NCBI GenBank assembly: GCA_963749495.1
Contig: CAVVMW010000004.1
Span: 672,001 to 736,000 of the forward strand
DNA from: an uncultured bacterium
GTDB lineage: Bacteria > Verrucomicrobiota > Verrucomicrobiia > Limisphaerales > UBA8199
Direction: 5' to 3'
DNA length: 64,000 nt
Part shown: positions 24,001-33,625 of the stretch, in pieces
Position numbering within the stretch: the stretch's first letter is position 1
Layout: the number at the start of each line of letters is the position of its first letter
The notes under the pieces: model-generated
Database searches by the model: none
What the model was told of the DNA's origin: nothing
Seen by the model: only the letters and a program-made list of their open reading frames with translations
Translations under genes and position numbers: made by a program

Positions 24001-24996
24001 TGGTCTGCTCCTTGGGCTCGAGCGGCTCAGCCGCGTCGAAGGTTTGGGCGCCTCTTCCTCCCGGATGCAGCGGAGGATCTCGTCCAACCCGGCCTGCGCG
24101 AGCGCCTTGGGCTCGAAGGGCGTCCGGCCAGTCAGCAGTTCGTAAAGCAGCACCCCCAGCGCGTAGATGTCGCTGCGCGTGTCCACGTCCAGTCCGCTCA
24201 CGCCCGCCTGCTCCGGGCTCGTATAGGCCGGGGTGCCGATGAACTGCTCGAACCGGGTATAGACCGTCTTGTCCGTAAGCCGCTCGCCGATCGCCTTGGC
24301 AATCCCGAAATCGATCACCTTGGGCACCGGCACGTCATCGGCCAGCATCACCAGGATGTTCGAGGGCTTGATGTCGCGGTGAATGACCCCCTTCTGATGC
24401 GCGTGCTGGATGGCGTGACAGACCTGGACGAAGAGCTTAAGCCGCTCCTCCGTGGATAGGTGGTTCTGGTCACAGTAATCGGTAATCCGGACACCGCGGA
24501 CCAGTTCCATGGCGAAGTAGGGCCGGCCCGTGTCCGTGGCCCCGCCGTCCAGGACTTTGGCGATGTTGGGATGGTCCATCATGGCCAGGGCCTGCCGTTC
24601 GGCCTCGAACCGGGCAACGACCTGCTTGGTGTCCATGCCCAGCTTGATGACCTTCAGCGCCACGCGCCGCCGCACCGGTTGCTCCTGCTCAGCCACATAC
24701 ACCACCCCGCAGCCGCCCTCGCCGATCTTCTCCCGAATCCTGTAGCGCCCGATGAGGGCGCCCGGACCTTCCTCGGGCGGCAGAAGCAGGGTTGCGCCGC
24801 CGGGCGCCGCCACGTGCGGTTCGAGGAATGAATCGGGGTTCTCATGGGCCTGGAGGAGGGCTTGGAGCCTGCCGCGCAGGCCCTGGTCTCCCGCGCAGGC
24901 CTGGTCGAGGAATGCCTCCCGTTCCGGCCCCTTGGCCCGTTGCAAGGCCTCACGGAAGAGGACTTCTTCCCGGTCGTCAGCAGGTTTCATAAGCAA
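21004..24996 (-). CDS. Ser/Thr protein kinase with WD40 repeats and the same C-terminal domain (kinase 3); probable indels near 24020 and 21625
   Basis: Three consecutive ORFs (23962..24996 kinase, 21392..23953 WD40, 21004..21630 C-domain) are colinear with kinase 2. Confidence 0.88.
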
Positions 24997-25077
24997 AGGG
25001 GATGGTTCATTCGATCACACATGCGTCTTTCACTTCTCAGCTTGACAAAGCAGGCGACAGAGCGCCAAATTCCTCGC

Positions 25078-25299
25078 GTGGACAGGCAAACGATTTTGGT
25101 CAAGGCCGATGAAAAAGGCCGCATCTCCATCCGCGGAACGAAGAAGGGGCAGCCATACCTCGTGACGGCGGAAGCAGGCGGCTGGTGGGTGATGCCCGCG
25201 GCCGAGGCGAAGGCTCCAGCCCGCCCGATGGAGGCTCTGGTGGCGGACACCTGGGAGAAGCTTGGGCCAGCGCCAGAGATCGATTATGACAGGAAATAG
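25078..25299 (+). CDS. Small AbrB/MazE-like DNA-binding protein (orphan antitoxin-like)
   Basis: GTG start; ILVKADEKGRISI resembles the AbrB 'vd.kGRi.i' motif; 73 aa. Confidence 0.5.
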   Translation: MDRQTILVKADEKGRISIRGTKKGQPYLVTAEAGGWWVMPAAEAKAPARPMEALVADTWEKLGPAPEIDYDRK

Positions 25300-25394
25300 G
25301 ATCATCCAACGTATCGCTCCTTTTCCCGAAGATTCGTTTTCCAGAGTGATGGACGCGACAGCGCAGATGCTTGGTTTGTAAGCCCGAAAGAGGA

Positions 25395-25584
25395 TATCTC
25401 TATCGGGGCTCTCCTGGGCCTGGAGGAGGGCTTCGAGCCTGGCGCGCAATGCCGCGTTTCCCACGCAGGCCCCGTCGAGGAAGGCATCGCGCGCCGGTCC
25501 ACTGGCCCGTTTGAGGGCCTCTCGGAAGAGGACTTCTTCCCGGTCGTCAGCCGGTTTCATACGCGGAGGGGTTGGTTCATTCAA
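25395..25584 (-). pseudogene. Truncated N-terminal stub of a fourth kinase
   Basis: MKPADDREEVLFREAL...FLDGACVGNAALRARLEALLQAQESPD matches the N-termini of kinases 1-3, then homology stops abruptly. Confidence 0.85.
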
Positions 25585-25635
25585 TCATACATGCGCGGTT
25601 TGGAGGCAAAAGGTATGGACGAATCTTCCGCCCCC

Positions 25636-25941
25636 TCAAATTGACTGGCGCATCTCGACCGCCAGCCAGGCCCGGGCGTAGGCCCACCATTCCTTGGCCG
25701 TAGGCAAGGCGATGCCCAGGACGGAAGCAGGCTCCTCGAAGCCCACGCCGGTGAAATAGCGCAGCTTCACCAGTTCACCCTTGCGCGGATCGATTGCGGC
25801 AAACTTCTCCAGGGCCTCGTCCACCGCGAGCAACCTCTCATCATCTTTGCGCAACTCCTCATAGACCAGTGGCAGCAGCCCCTCAGCAGGCTGCGGCGTG
25901 CCCTGTTTCACGCGAGCGGGAATGCGCGTGATGTCGCTCAC
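25636..25941 (-). pseudogene. TIGR02999-like (PVC kinase-associated) ECF sigma factor with in-frame internal deletion
   Basis: N-terminus MSDITRI...LLPLVYEELRK is joined directly to the region-4 part DERLLAVDEAL...ELVKLRYF.G...WAYARAWL; only 101 aa, region 2 core missing. Confidence 0.8.
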
Positions 25942-26121
25942 GAGCGGAGGATAAAAAAGGCAGTCCTGGCACGCAATCCCAAACCCGCCGGCAACGGACC
26001 TTCGGGTGCAGGACGGAGATCTTCACAAAATGGGTTTTGCTGGGCTTTCATCACAGAGGGTCTCCAGGAATCCAGATACGAACTTGCACGGACCACAAGG
26101 ATGCCGGCCATCCGGCCGCCT

Positions 26122-26210
26122 CTTCGTTTCCTTCGTTTCCTTCTGTTCTATTCGTGTGCCCAGCCGGTGGGACGCTCGAAAAGAACAGAAGGAAACGAAG
26201 GAAACGAAGG
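26122..26210. repeat. Inverted 9-mer tandem repeats (CTTCGTTTC / GAAACGAAG)
   Basis: Visible directly; a related element lies at ~20920-20986. Confidence 0.8.
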
Positions 26211-26285
26211 ATAGAAGAGCCAGATCATCTCTGAGAGCTGCGATCTGGGGGTCCAATAAGAATTCTGTCTCACACGCACAACGGT

Positions 26286-27368
26286 TCAACAACCCGTGCC
26301 GAAGAGGCGGCACAGGCCCTCTCGGGAGGCGGGGCAGAGGCCTCGCTCGGTGATCAGGCCGGTGACGTACTTGGCGGGGGTGACGTCGAATCCGTAGTTG
26401 GCGGCCGGGGAGCCTTTGGGCAGGATGGAGACGGTCTCCCTGGCCCCGGCGGCGGTCAGGCCGGAGATGGCGGCCACTTCTTGGGCGCCGCGCGTCTCGA
26501 TCGGGATGTCGCGAAGGCCGTTCTCGATGGTCCAGTCAATCGTGGGGCTGGGCAGTCCGACGTAGAAGGGCACGCCGTTGTCGTGCGCGGCCAGGGCCTT
26601 GAGGTAGGTGCCGATCTTGTTGCAGACATCGCCGTTGGCGGTGGTGCGGTCGGTGCCGACGAGGCAGACATCCACCATGCCATGCTGCATGAGATGGCCC
26701 CCGGCGTTGTCCACAATCACCGTGTGCGGCACGCCGTGCTGGCCCAACTCCCAGGCCGTGAGGCTGGCGCCCTGGTTGCGCGGGCGGGTCTCATCCACCC
26801 AGACGTGGACCGGCAGGCCCGAGTCGTGGGCCAAATAGACCGGGGCCAGGGCCGTCCCCCAATCCACCGTGGCCAACCAACCGGCGTTGCAGTGCGTCAG
26901 CACGTTGAGCCTGCCGCCCTTCTTCTGCTGGAGGCCCCGGAGGATAGCCAGTCCGTGACGGCCGATGGATTGGTTGAGGGCCACGTCCTGGTCACAAATG
27001 GCCGCGGCGGCCGTGCGCGCGGCGGCGAACCGCTCGGGGCCCGGCAGCGGCAGGATGGCCTGTCTGACCCGGTCCAGGGCCCAGCGCAAATTGACCGCCG
27101 TGGGCCGGGTCGAGAGCAGCATCTGGCAGGCGCTGTCAATGGCCGCGTCGGAGGCCTCCTGGCGGCATTGCAGGACGATGCCGTAGGCGGCCGTGGCGCC
27201 GATGAGCGGCGCCCCGCGCACCAGCATCGCCTTGATCGCATGGGCGCAATCGCTCATCGAGCGCAGCACCCTAGTCTCGAATTGGTGCGGGAGCAGGGTT
27301 TGGTCGATGATCTCGACCCCGCCCTCGACCTCCCAGATGGTGCGATAATGTTTGCCGGCCACGTTCAC
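26286..27368 (-). CDS. mtnA: S-methyl-5-thioribose-1-phosphate isomerase
   Basis: [53 protein letters not shown]. Confidence 0.95.
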   Translation of the reverse strand: MNVAGKHYRTIWEVEGGVEIIDQTLLPHQFETRVLRSMSDCAHAIKAMLVRGAPLIGATAAYGIVLQCRQEASDAAIDSACQMLLSTRPTAVNLRWALDRVRQAILPLPGPERFAAARTAAAAICDQDVALNQSIGRHGLAILRGLQQKKGGRLNVLTHCNAGWLATVDWGTALAPVYLAHDSGLPVHVWVDETRPRNQGASLTAWELGQHGVPHTVIVDNAGGHLMQHGMVDVCLVGTDRTTANGDVCNKIGTYLKALAAHDNGVPFYVGLPSPTIDWTIENGLRDIPIETRGAQEVAAISGLTAAGARETVSILPKGSPAANYGFDVTPAKYVTGLITERGLCPASREGLCRLFGTGC

Positions 27369-27385
27369 CGGTGCAGGCTAACACG

Positions 27386-27730
27386 CCCCGAGGCTCACTC
27401 AAGGGCGGAGATGCCGAAAGCCAGTCCACAGTCCATCCACCCTCCGTAGCAGAGCTACTGCGGAGGACGGGCAGTCCACAGTCCACAGTCCACAGTCCAC
27501 AGTCCACAGTCCACAGTCCAAGCCCCCCGAGGCTCACTCAAGGGCGGAGATACCGAGACGCGGAGAGGCGGAGAGGCGGAGAGGCGGGGAGACCGCCTTC
27601 ATCTTGAATTTCTGGCTGCAGTTGCTCAGAATGGGCGGGTGGAAGCAAGGCAGAAAAATGGGGGCAGGAAGATGAAGACGGGGAGACACGGAGAGCAATT
27701 CCTCCGCGTCCCCGCGTCTCCGCGTCTTCA
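27386..27730. repeat. AGTCCAC heptamer array flanked by a 27-bp direct repeat, followed by 8-mer repeats
   Basis: CCCCGAGGCTCACTCAAGGGCGGAGAT at 27386-27412 and 27525-27551; (AGTCCAC)n between them; CGGAGAGG/CCGCGTCT repeats after. Confidence 0.9.
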
Positions 27731-27752
27731 TTTTTCCGCCTTTCAATAGCCC

Positions 27753-28904
27753 ATGTCGCGCGTTGTTCTCGAGAATCTGACCAAGGTGTTCCCAGGGCCC
27801 GGGGGCGGGGTAGTGCGGGCGGTCCAGGGGATGAGCCTGGCGGTGGAGGACAAGGAATGCGTGGTGCTAGTCGGGCCGTCGGGGTGCGGCAAGACGACGA
27901 CGTTGCGGATGATAGCGGGGCTGGAGGAACCGACGGAGGGGACGGTGGCCCTGGACGGGCGGGTGCTCAATGGAGTGGCGGCCAAGGACCGCGAGGTGGC
28001 GATGGTGTTTCAGCATCATGCCCTCTACCCGCACATGACGGTGTATGAGAACCTGGCGTTCGGGTTGAAGGTGCGGGGGTGCCCGCGGGCGGAGATCCAA
28101 CGCCGGGTCAAAGCGGCGGCAGAGGCCCTGGGCTTGGCCGGCTGCCTGGAGCGGCGCCCGCAGGCGCTCTCGGGGGGCGAACGCCAGCGAGTGGCCCTGG
28201 GCCGCGCACTGGTGCGCCGGCCCAAGGTATTCCTCTTGGACGAACCGCTCTCGAACCTGGACGCGCCGATGCGGGCGCTCATGCGCCTGGAGATCGCCCG
28301 CCTGCGCGCCCGGTTGGAAACGACCGCCATTTACGTGACCCATGACCAGGTCGAGGCCATGGTGCTGGGCCAGCGCATTGCGGTCGTGCGCGAGGGGGTC
28401 CTCCAGCAGATTGCCGAGCCCAACGTTGTCTATCGGCGCCCGGCCAACCTGTTCGTGGCCGGGTTTATCGGCTCGCCGCCGATGAATTTTTTCACGGGGA
28501 CAATCGTGGAACAGGGCGGCCGGCTGTTTTTCCAAGAGCTGCCTGCCGCGGGCAGCACCGGCGATGCTTTGCCGGCCCGCTTGATGCTCCCCCTGGACGA
28601 GGCCATGGCGCTGCGAGCCAATCAGGACGCGGGCCGCAATGTCGTCCTGGGCGTCCGCCCCGAGCATATCGCCCTGGCCTCGGCCGTTGCCGGCGCGCCG
28701 CCGGGCCAAACGGTCGAAACGGCAATCCAGGTCGTGCAACCGATGGGAGCCGAGACGTGCCTGGAGCTGGCGGGGTGCGCCCGCCCGTTTGTCGCGCGGG
28801 TCCCGGCCGCCGACGGTCTGCGCGCAGGCCAGCGCCTGCGCCTGAGCTTCGATATGCGCCAGGCGCGGTTCTTCGACCCGCAGAGCGAGAGGGCCATTGG
28901 GTGA
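27753..28904 (+). CDS. Carbohydrate ABC transporter ATP-binding subunit (MalK/UgpC family)
   Basis: GPSGCGKT, LSGGERQR, LDEPLSNLD, YVTHDQ, FIGSPPMN, C-terminal TOBE-like region. Confidence 0.93.
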   Translation: MSRVVLENLTKVFPGPGGGVVRAVQGMSLAVEDKECVVLVGPSGCGKTTTLRMIAGLEEPTEGTVALDGRVLNGVAAKDREVAMVFQHHALYPHMTVYENLAFGLKVRGCPRAEIQRRVKAAAEALGLAGCLERRPQALSGGERQRVALGRALVRRPKVFLLDEPLSNLDAPMRALMRLEIARLRARLETTAIYVTHDQVEAMVLGQRIAVVREGVLQQIAEPNVVYRRPANLFVAGFIGSPPMNFFTGTIVEQGGRLFFQELPAAGSTGDALPARLMLPLDEAMALRANQDAGRNVVLGVRPEHIALASAVAGAPPGQTVETAIQVVQPMGAETCLELAGCARPFVARVPAADGLRAGQRLRLSFDMRQARFFDPQSERAIG

Positions 28905-28957
28905 GAAATTCAAGTTGGACAATCGGTCAGGACAATCATTAGAGTAAGGCAATTGAT

Positions 28958-29242
28958 ATGAAAAACACTCCTCTGACAACCCTCCTGCTGGTCCTGCTGG
29001 CCATCAGCGCGGTCTGGTCCGTCATCTTGTGCATGCAGTTTATCAATCGAACGCGCGAGATCCGGCAACTCTCCGCTCAGGCTGCGGTCATTCAAACCCG
29101 GCAGCAGGCCTTCCGGGCGCTGGTCATCGAGACCCAGGAATACGCCAGGACCAACCGGGCCATCGATCCCATCCTCAAATCCATCGGCATCGAGAGGACG
29201 CCCGCCGCTGCCAGCGCCGGCGCCAACCCCGCCGCCAAGTAA
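28958..29242 (+). CDS. Small membrane-anchored hypothetical protein
   Basis: 94 aa; N-terminal TM helix; plausible start after AT-rich spacer. Confidence 0.65.
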   Translation: MKNTPLTTLLLVLLAISAVWSVILCMQFINRTREIRQLSAQAAVIQTRQQAFRALVIETQEYARTNRAIDPILKSIGIERTPAAASAGANPAAK

Positions 29243-29270
29243 ACCGCACCGCAACAGTCAACCAACTCCT

Positions 29271-29654
29271 ATGGATATGGACAACCTGGAAAACCAGCCG
29301 CCCTCCCCCTCCCAAGTTCAGCCCGCGGCGCTGCAGGCCCAACTGGACTCGTTGCGCCAGTTGGTCGTCTCGACCCTCATCCTGCTCTTGGTCGTCAGCG
29401 GCACCCTCAATGTCTTCTTCCTCAAGCAAGCCAAGTCCGCCCGCCAGGACCTCGAGGACATCAACAGGGCCTTTGGCCCCGCCATACGCCAAAACCCCGC
29501 CGCCGGGGCATGGATGGACGACTTCGTGCGCAAATTGGTTGGCTACGCCAAAGACCACCCCGACTTCGCCCCCGTTCTCAGAAAGTACGTCCCTCAACTT
29601 CCGCCCACGGCTCCGGCTCCGGCCCGGCCCGCCGCGCCCCCGGCCAAGAAATAA
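29271..29654 (+). CDS. Small single-TM hypothetical protein
   Basis: 127 aa; TM LVVSTLILLLVVSGTLNVFFL; co-oriented with the previous gene. Confidence 0.65.
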   Translation: MDMDNLENQPPSPSQVQPAALQAQLDSLRQLVVSTLILLLVVSGTLNVFFLKQAKSARQDLEDINRAFGPAIRQNPAAGAWMDDFVRKLVGYAKDHPDFAPVLRKYVPQLPPTAPAPARPAAPPAKK

Positions 29655-29788
29655 GCGGCCTAAAGCCTGAAGAAGCCCTTGCCTTGTTATCGACCCGGAC
29701 GGCGCCAAGGGAACACCGGTGTGTGCCCCAGGTCAATCAGGGCCATTGACAAAGTCACTCGGTGCCCCGGTGCGCCAGGGGCGCCAGC

Positions 29789-29924
29789 GTAGCGCAGACT
29801 TCCAAGTCTGCTGTGTCGCGGGTTTCCAAACCCGCAGGCCGTCCGCAAACCGGGCGCGCTCGATGTGCCGACGCCCTGCCGATTTGGAAATCGGCGATAC
29901 GGCAGGTTTGGAAACCTGCGCTAC
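29789..29924. repeat. REP-doublet-like element
   Basis: GTAGCGCAGACTTCCAAGTCTGC...GCAGGTTTGGAAACCTGCGCTAC; the GTAG end supplies the stop of the UroD-family gene. Confidence 0.85.
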
Positions 29925-30964
29925 AACTTTGTCAACGTCCCCGCGCCGGCGGCGTCGAGGAAGGCGCGGAGGTTCTCGGTGCTCACGCCCGGCGGCATCC
30001 CGCCGGCACAAGACAGGATGAGCCTGGAGGAATCGGCGGCCTCGGCCAGGAGCCTTCTGACGGCGCGGGCGACGTCCTGGGGCGAGCCCTTGGCCAGGAC
30101 GTCGCGGGGCGGGACGTTGCCGAGGATGGCCAGCCGATGAGCGCAGAGGCGGCGCAACTCGGTGAGGGTGTTGAAGATGCCGGGGTTGTAGAGATTGACC
30201 CCCATTTCCGGATAGAGGCCGATCGAGTTGGCGCACGGGGCGTCGTTGTGGAAGAACTTGACGGAGGCGCCAGGGGCGTAAAGCTCCTTGAAATAGGGCA
30301 GGCCGAATTGACGGAAGTCCTCCTGGCCGATGAACCCGACGAGGTCGTCCAGGAGGAAGATGCCGTCAATGGAAGGGAACGCGTCGCGCTGGAGCTGATG
30401 CCACTGCTTGAGGAAGGCGGTGACCAGGCGGAGCAGCTTGTGGGCCTGGTCGGGCTGGGTCTTGAGCAGCATGAGGAACTCGGAGGCACCCATGAGAAAC
30501 GAGGCGATATTGAGGGGACCGCGCGAGACGGAGAAGCGGATTTTGTGGCCGAGGCCCTCGATGCGGGGGCGGGCGCGCCGGAGGCGGTTGAGCATGAAGG
30601 GCAGCAACCCGTCGGTGGCGGGGTCCGGCTGGGCCAGGTCCTCGATTTGGGCGGGGTCGCGGATGAGCTTGTCGGCGAAGGGGAATTCATTGCGGTAGAA
30701 GATGCACTTGGCGCCAAAGGCGGAAGGCTCGGTACACATGCCGAACTCGGACCAGAAGCCGGGCAGGAAGAGGATCTGGGGAAAGGTCTCGACGGCCTTG
30801 CGATTGGCCTCGAACCAGAGGTCCTGGTCGGTGAAGTAATCGAGGATGTCGGCGCCAAACCAGTTTGGCAGCCAGGGACAGTCGATAATGAACCCGACCG
30901 GCGGCCACGCCAGGGCCTGGCCCTGGACCACGGCCAGAAGTTGGGTCCACTGCGCGTCGGTCAC
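29921..30964 (-). CDS. Uroporphyrinogen decarboxylase / MtaA-CmuA family protein
   Basis: RGPLNIASFLMG, FFHNDA, LGNVPPRDVL, ILSCAGGMPPGVSTEN typical of the UroD-like barrel. Confidence 0.8.
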   Translation of the reverse strand: MTDAQWTQLLAVVQGQALAWPPVGFIIDCPWLPNWFGADILDYFTDQDLWFEANRKAVETFPQILFLPGFWSEFGMCTEPSAFGAKCIFYRNEFPFADKLIRDPAQIEDLAQPDPATDGLLPFMLNRLRRARPRIEGLGHKIRFSVSRGPLNIASFLMGASEFLMLLKTQPDQAHKLLRLVTAFLKQWHQLQRDAFPSIDGIFLLDDLVGFIGQEDFRQFGLPYFKELYAPGASVKFFHNDAPCANSIGLYPEMGVNLYNPGIFNTLTELRRLCAHRLAILGNVPPRDVLAKGSPQDVARAVRRLLAEAADSSRLILSCAGGMPPGVSTENLRAFLDAAGAGTLTKL

Positions 30965-30986
30965 GGTACCCTCAGACGAGGTTCCC

Positions 30987-31128
30987 GAATGACGAATGAC
31001 GAATGACGAATGACGAATGGCAAAACGGGCGGATCATCTGCAGTTTCGTCATTCGTCATTCGTCATTCGTCATTCGTCATTCACGGATTGCACGGATACA
31101 AGAATCCGTGCAATCCGTGCAATCCGTG
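30987..31128. repeat. Inverted heptamer arrays (GAATGAC / TCATTCG) plus AATCCGTGC 9-mers
   Basis: Directly visible. Confidence 0.9.
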
Positions 31129-31143
31129 GTTACTCAGTTCCTT

Positions 31144-32064
31144 TTAGAACCGCTTCGTGAGAGTCAAGGCGATGGTGTGGCCCTGCAGGCGGTCTTCGGC
31201 CATGAATTCATAGAGGTAACGGATGGAGGTGTTCACGCCGATTGCCTTGCAGAACATGCTCAACTCGGGGCCGATGCCGGCCACACGGGGACGCGCGCCA
31301 ACTACAATCGGGGCGCTGCCGCTGTCTTCGGTGACCTTCTGCTGGTAGTAGCCAACGACGCCGAGATCGTAAGTCCCGCCCAGATTGTAACTCACGCCCC
31401 CTTCAACCGTGTAGGCCTGGCCAGGCGTCAAATCAACGTCGTCCTTCTTCATGCTGATCTCGTAGCGGTTGAGGACCGAGACGGCCCACTTCTTGTCGGC
31501 ATCGGGGTACCAGGTGGCGCCAGCAGTGAACATGTGCGTCCAGAAGCCGAGCCCGGCGTGGGCCGAGATTGGGTCCGTTGAGAAGTCGCCGGTGGGAGCC
31601 CAAGCCCCATACCCCAACGAGAGATCGAACTGCTTCAGATGCGTGGACCACGTCGCCTCCGCAAAGACATCGCCAATCCCGAAGTTGCGATCGTTGATGA
31701 CAGGATTGATCCGGAGCGAGGTGTATTGGATGGGAAGGAGGGCATCGACGCCGAAGTTGCCGCCGAGGAAGCTGAGGGGGGTAATCCAGATGATGCGCGG
31801 GACATTGGCATAAACCAGGGCGCGAGTGTCGTGCCCGGTGAGCTCATGGCCTGTGGCGTCGTTGAGGGTGGTGGAATAGTAAAGGACGTTGTAGTCCCTG
31901 AGGTACCAGCCCGGCGGGGGGAGTGAGGCGGCTTTAATGCCTTCGACCCCCGGCACATAGTGTGTCGGGGCGGCGGGCGGTCTTGTCAGGGGCTGGGCCT
32001 GGGTGAGTGCGGGCAGCGCGAACAGGGCCGCCCCGATGAGCAGAGAGGTGGATTTGAGTTGCAT
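31144..32064 (-). CDS. SphA / Phenol_MetA_deg-like outer-membrane beta-barrel channel
   Basis: Signal MQLKSTSLLIGAALFALPALTQA; HYVPGVEGIKAASLPPPG, GIGD, APTG; terminal aromatic F. Confidence 0.8.
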   Translation of the reverse strand: MQLKSTSLLIGAALFALPALTQAQPLTRPPAAPTHYVPGVEGIKAASLPPPGWYLRDYNVLYYSTTLNDATGHELTGHDTRALVYANVPRIIWITPLSFLGGNFGVDALLPIQYTSLRINPVINDRNFGIGDVFAEATWSTHLKQFDLSLGYGAWAPTGDFSTDPISAHAGLGFWTHMFTAGATWYPDADKKWAVSVLNRYEISMKKDDVDLTPGQAYTVEGGVSYNLGGTYDLGVVGYYQQKVTEDSGSAPIVVGARPRVAGIGPELSMFCKAIGVNTSIRYLYEFMAEDRLQGHTIALTLTKRF

Positions 32065-32111
32065 AGTCTGATAGGTGCTGGCTTGGGTTTGGGTTGGTTT
32101 GTGCTTGCGGA

Positions 32112-33413
32112 CTAAACATCCTGCATTTTGCCGCTGAGGTAGGTCTCGTAGGCGCTCAGGTCGAGCAGGCCGTGGCCGGAGAGGTTGAAGAGCAGGACCT
32201 CCTTGCGGCCGGCTTCGCGGGCCTGGATGGCCTGGTCGGCGACGGCGGCGATGGCGTGGGCCGATTCGGGCGCCGGCACGATGCCCTCGGTCCGGGCAAA
32301 GAGCGTGCCAATTTCGAAGACCTTGCTCTGGTGATAGGCCTGGGCCTCGATGAGGCCCAGCTTGAGGGCATGGCTGACCATCGGTGACATGCCATGATAG
32401 CGCAGCCCGCCCGAGTGAATGGACGGCGGCATGAACTTGTGGCCGAGGGTGTACATCATGAGCAGGGGCGTGGTCTCGGCGGTGTCGCCGAAGTCGTAGC
32501 GCAGTTCGCCCTGGGTCAGAGAGGGGCAGGCGCTGGGTTCGACGGCCACCACGCGGTAAGTTTTCTTCTGGGTTATTTTGTTGTGCAGGAACGGAAAGGC
32601 CAGCCCGGCGAAGTTGCTGCCGCCGCCGCAGCAGGCGAAGATGGCGGTCGGCTCCTCGCCCGCCAGTTCCATCTGCCGGAGGGCTTCCTGGCCAATCACC
32701 GTCTGGTGGAGGCAGACGTGGTTGAGAACGCTGCCCAGCGAGTACTTGGTCGCGGGGTGTTTGACGGTATCCTCGATGGCCTCGCTGATGGCGATGCCGA
32801 GGCTGCCGGGGCAATTGGGGTCCTCAGCCAGCAGTTTGCGGCCGTAGTCGGTCTGGTCGCTGGGGCTGGGATGGACGGTGGCGCCCCAAGTGTGCATGAG
32901 CATGCGCCGATAAGGCTTCTGCTGGTAGCTGACCTTGACCATATAGACGTTGCACTCCAGGCCAAAGAACTTGCAAGCCAGGGCCAGCGAGGAGCCCCAC
33001 TGCCCGGCGCCGGTCTCGGTGGCCAGGCGCTTGGTGCCGGCGGCCTTGTTGAAGAAGGCCTGGGCAGTGGAGGTATTGAGCTTGTGGCTGCCGCCGGGGC
33101 TGACGCCCTCGTATTTGTAATAAATATGGGCCGGGGTCTGGAGGGCCTGCTCGAAGCGCACGGCGCGCAGCAGCGGCGTGGGCCGCCACATGGCGTAAAT
33201 GTCCCGGACCGGCTCGGGGATCTCGATCCACCGCTCCGGGCTCATCTCCATCCGCACCAGGTTCTCGGGGAAGATAGCCAACAGGGCCTCCGGCGGGACC
33301 GGCTGGCGCGTGCCGGGGTGCAGGGGCGGGGGCAGGGGCTCGGGAAAATCAGCCAGCAGGTTGTACCAGGCCTTGGGAATGTCGGATTGTGTCAGATCAA
33401 AACGTGTTTGCAT
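32112..33413 (-). CDS. trpB: TrpB2-type tryptophan synthase beta-like PLP enzyme
   Basis: [52 protein letters not shown]; stand-alone, no trpA nearby. Confidence 0.92.
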   Translation of the reverse strand: MQTRFDLTQSDIPKAWYNLLADFPEPLPPPLHPGTRQPVPPEALLAIFPENLVRMEMSPERWIEIPEPVRDIYAMWRPTPLLRAVRFEQALQTPAHIYYKYEGVSPGGSHKLNTSTAQAFFNKAAGTKRLATETGAGQWGSSLALACKFFGLECNVYMVKVSYQQKPYRRMLMHTWGATVHPSPSDQTDYGRKLLAEDPNCPGSLGIAISEAIEDTVKHPATKYSLGSVLNHVCLHQTVIGQEALRQMELAGEEPTAIFACCGGGSNFAGLAFPFLHNKITQKKTYRVVAVEPSACPSLTQGELRYDFGDTAETTPLLMMYTLGHKFMPPSIHSGGLRYHGMSPMVSHALKLGLIEAQAYHQSKVFEIGTLFARTEGIVPAPESAHAIAAVADQAIQAREAGRKEVLLFNLSGHGLLDLSAYETYLSGKMQDV

Positions 33414-33499
33414 GGCCATTACAGGTTCTCGTGGGTGACAAAACGGGGCGAGTATAGACATCCCCGGTGCTAATGTCACGAAAAAGTTGCGCAATTCGT

Positions 33500-33584
33500 G
33501 ACCTTTGGCGCGACCTTTGGCGCGACCTTTGTCGAGGCATGGCCAATCGGACAAAGGTTCCGACAAAGGTTCCGACAAAGGTCG
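33500..33584. repeat. CCTTTGTCG/CGACAAAGG 12-mer palindromic repeat
   Basis: Same family as ~1693-1776 and ~37248-37319. Confidence 0.9.
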
Positions 33585-33625
33585 CGAGAAGGGTTTGGAA
33601 CCGGATCTCCGGGGACAAGGTCTGG

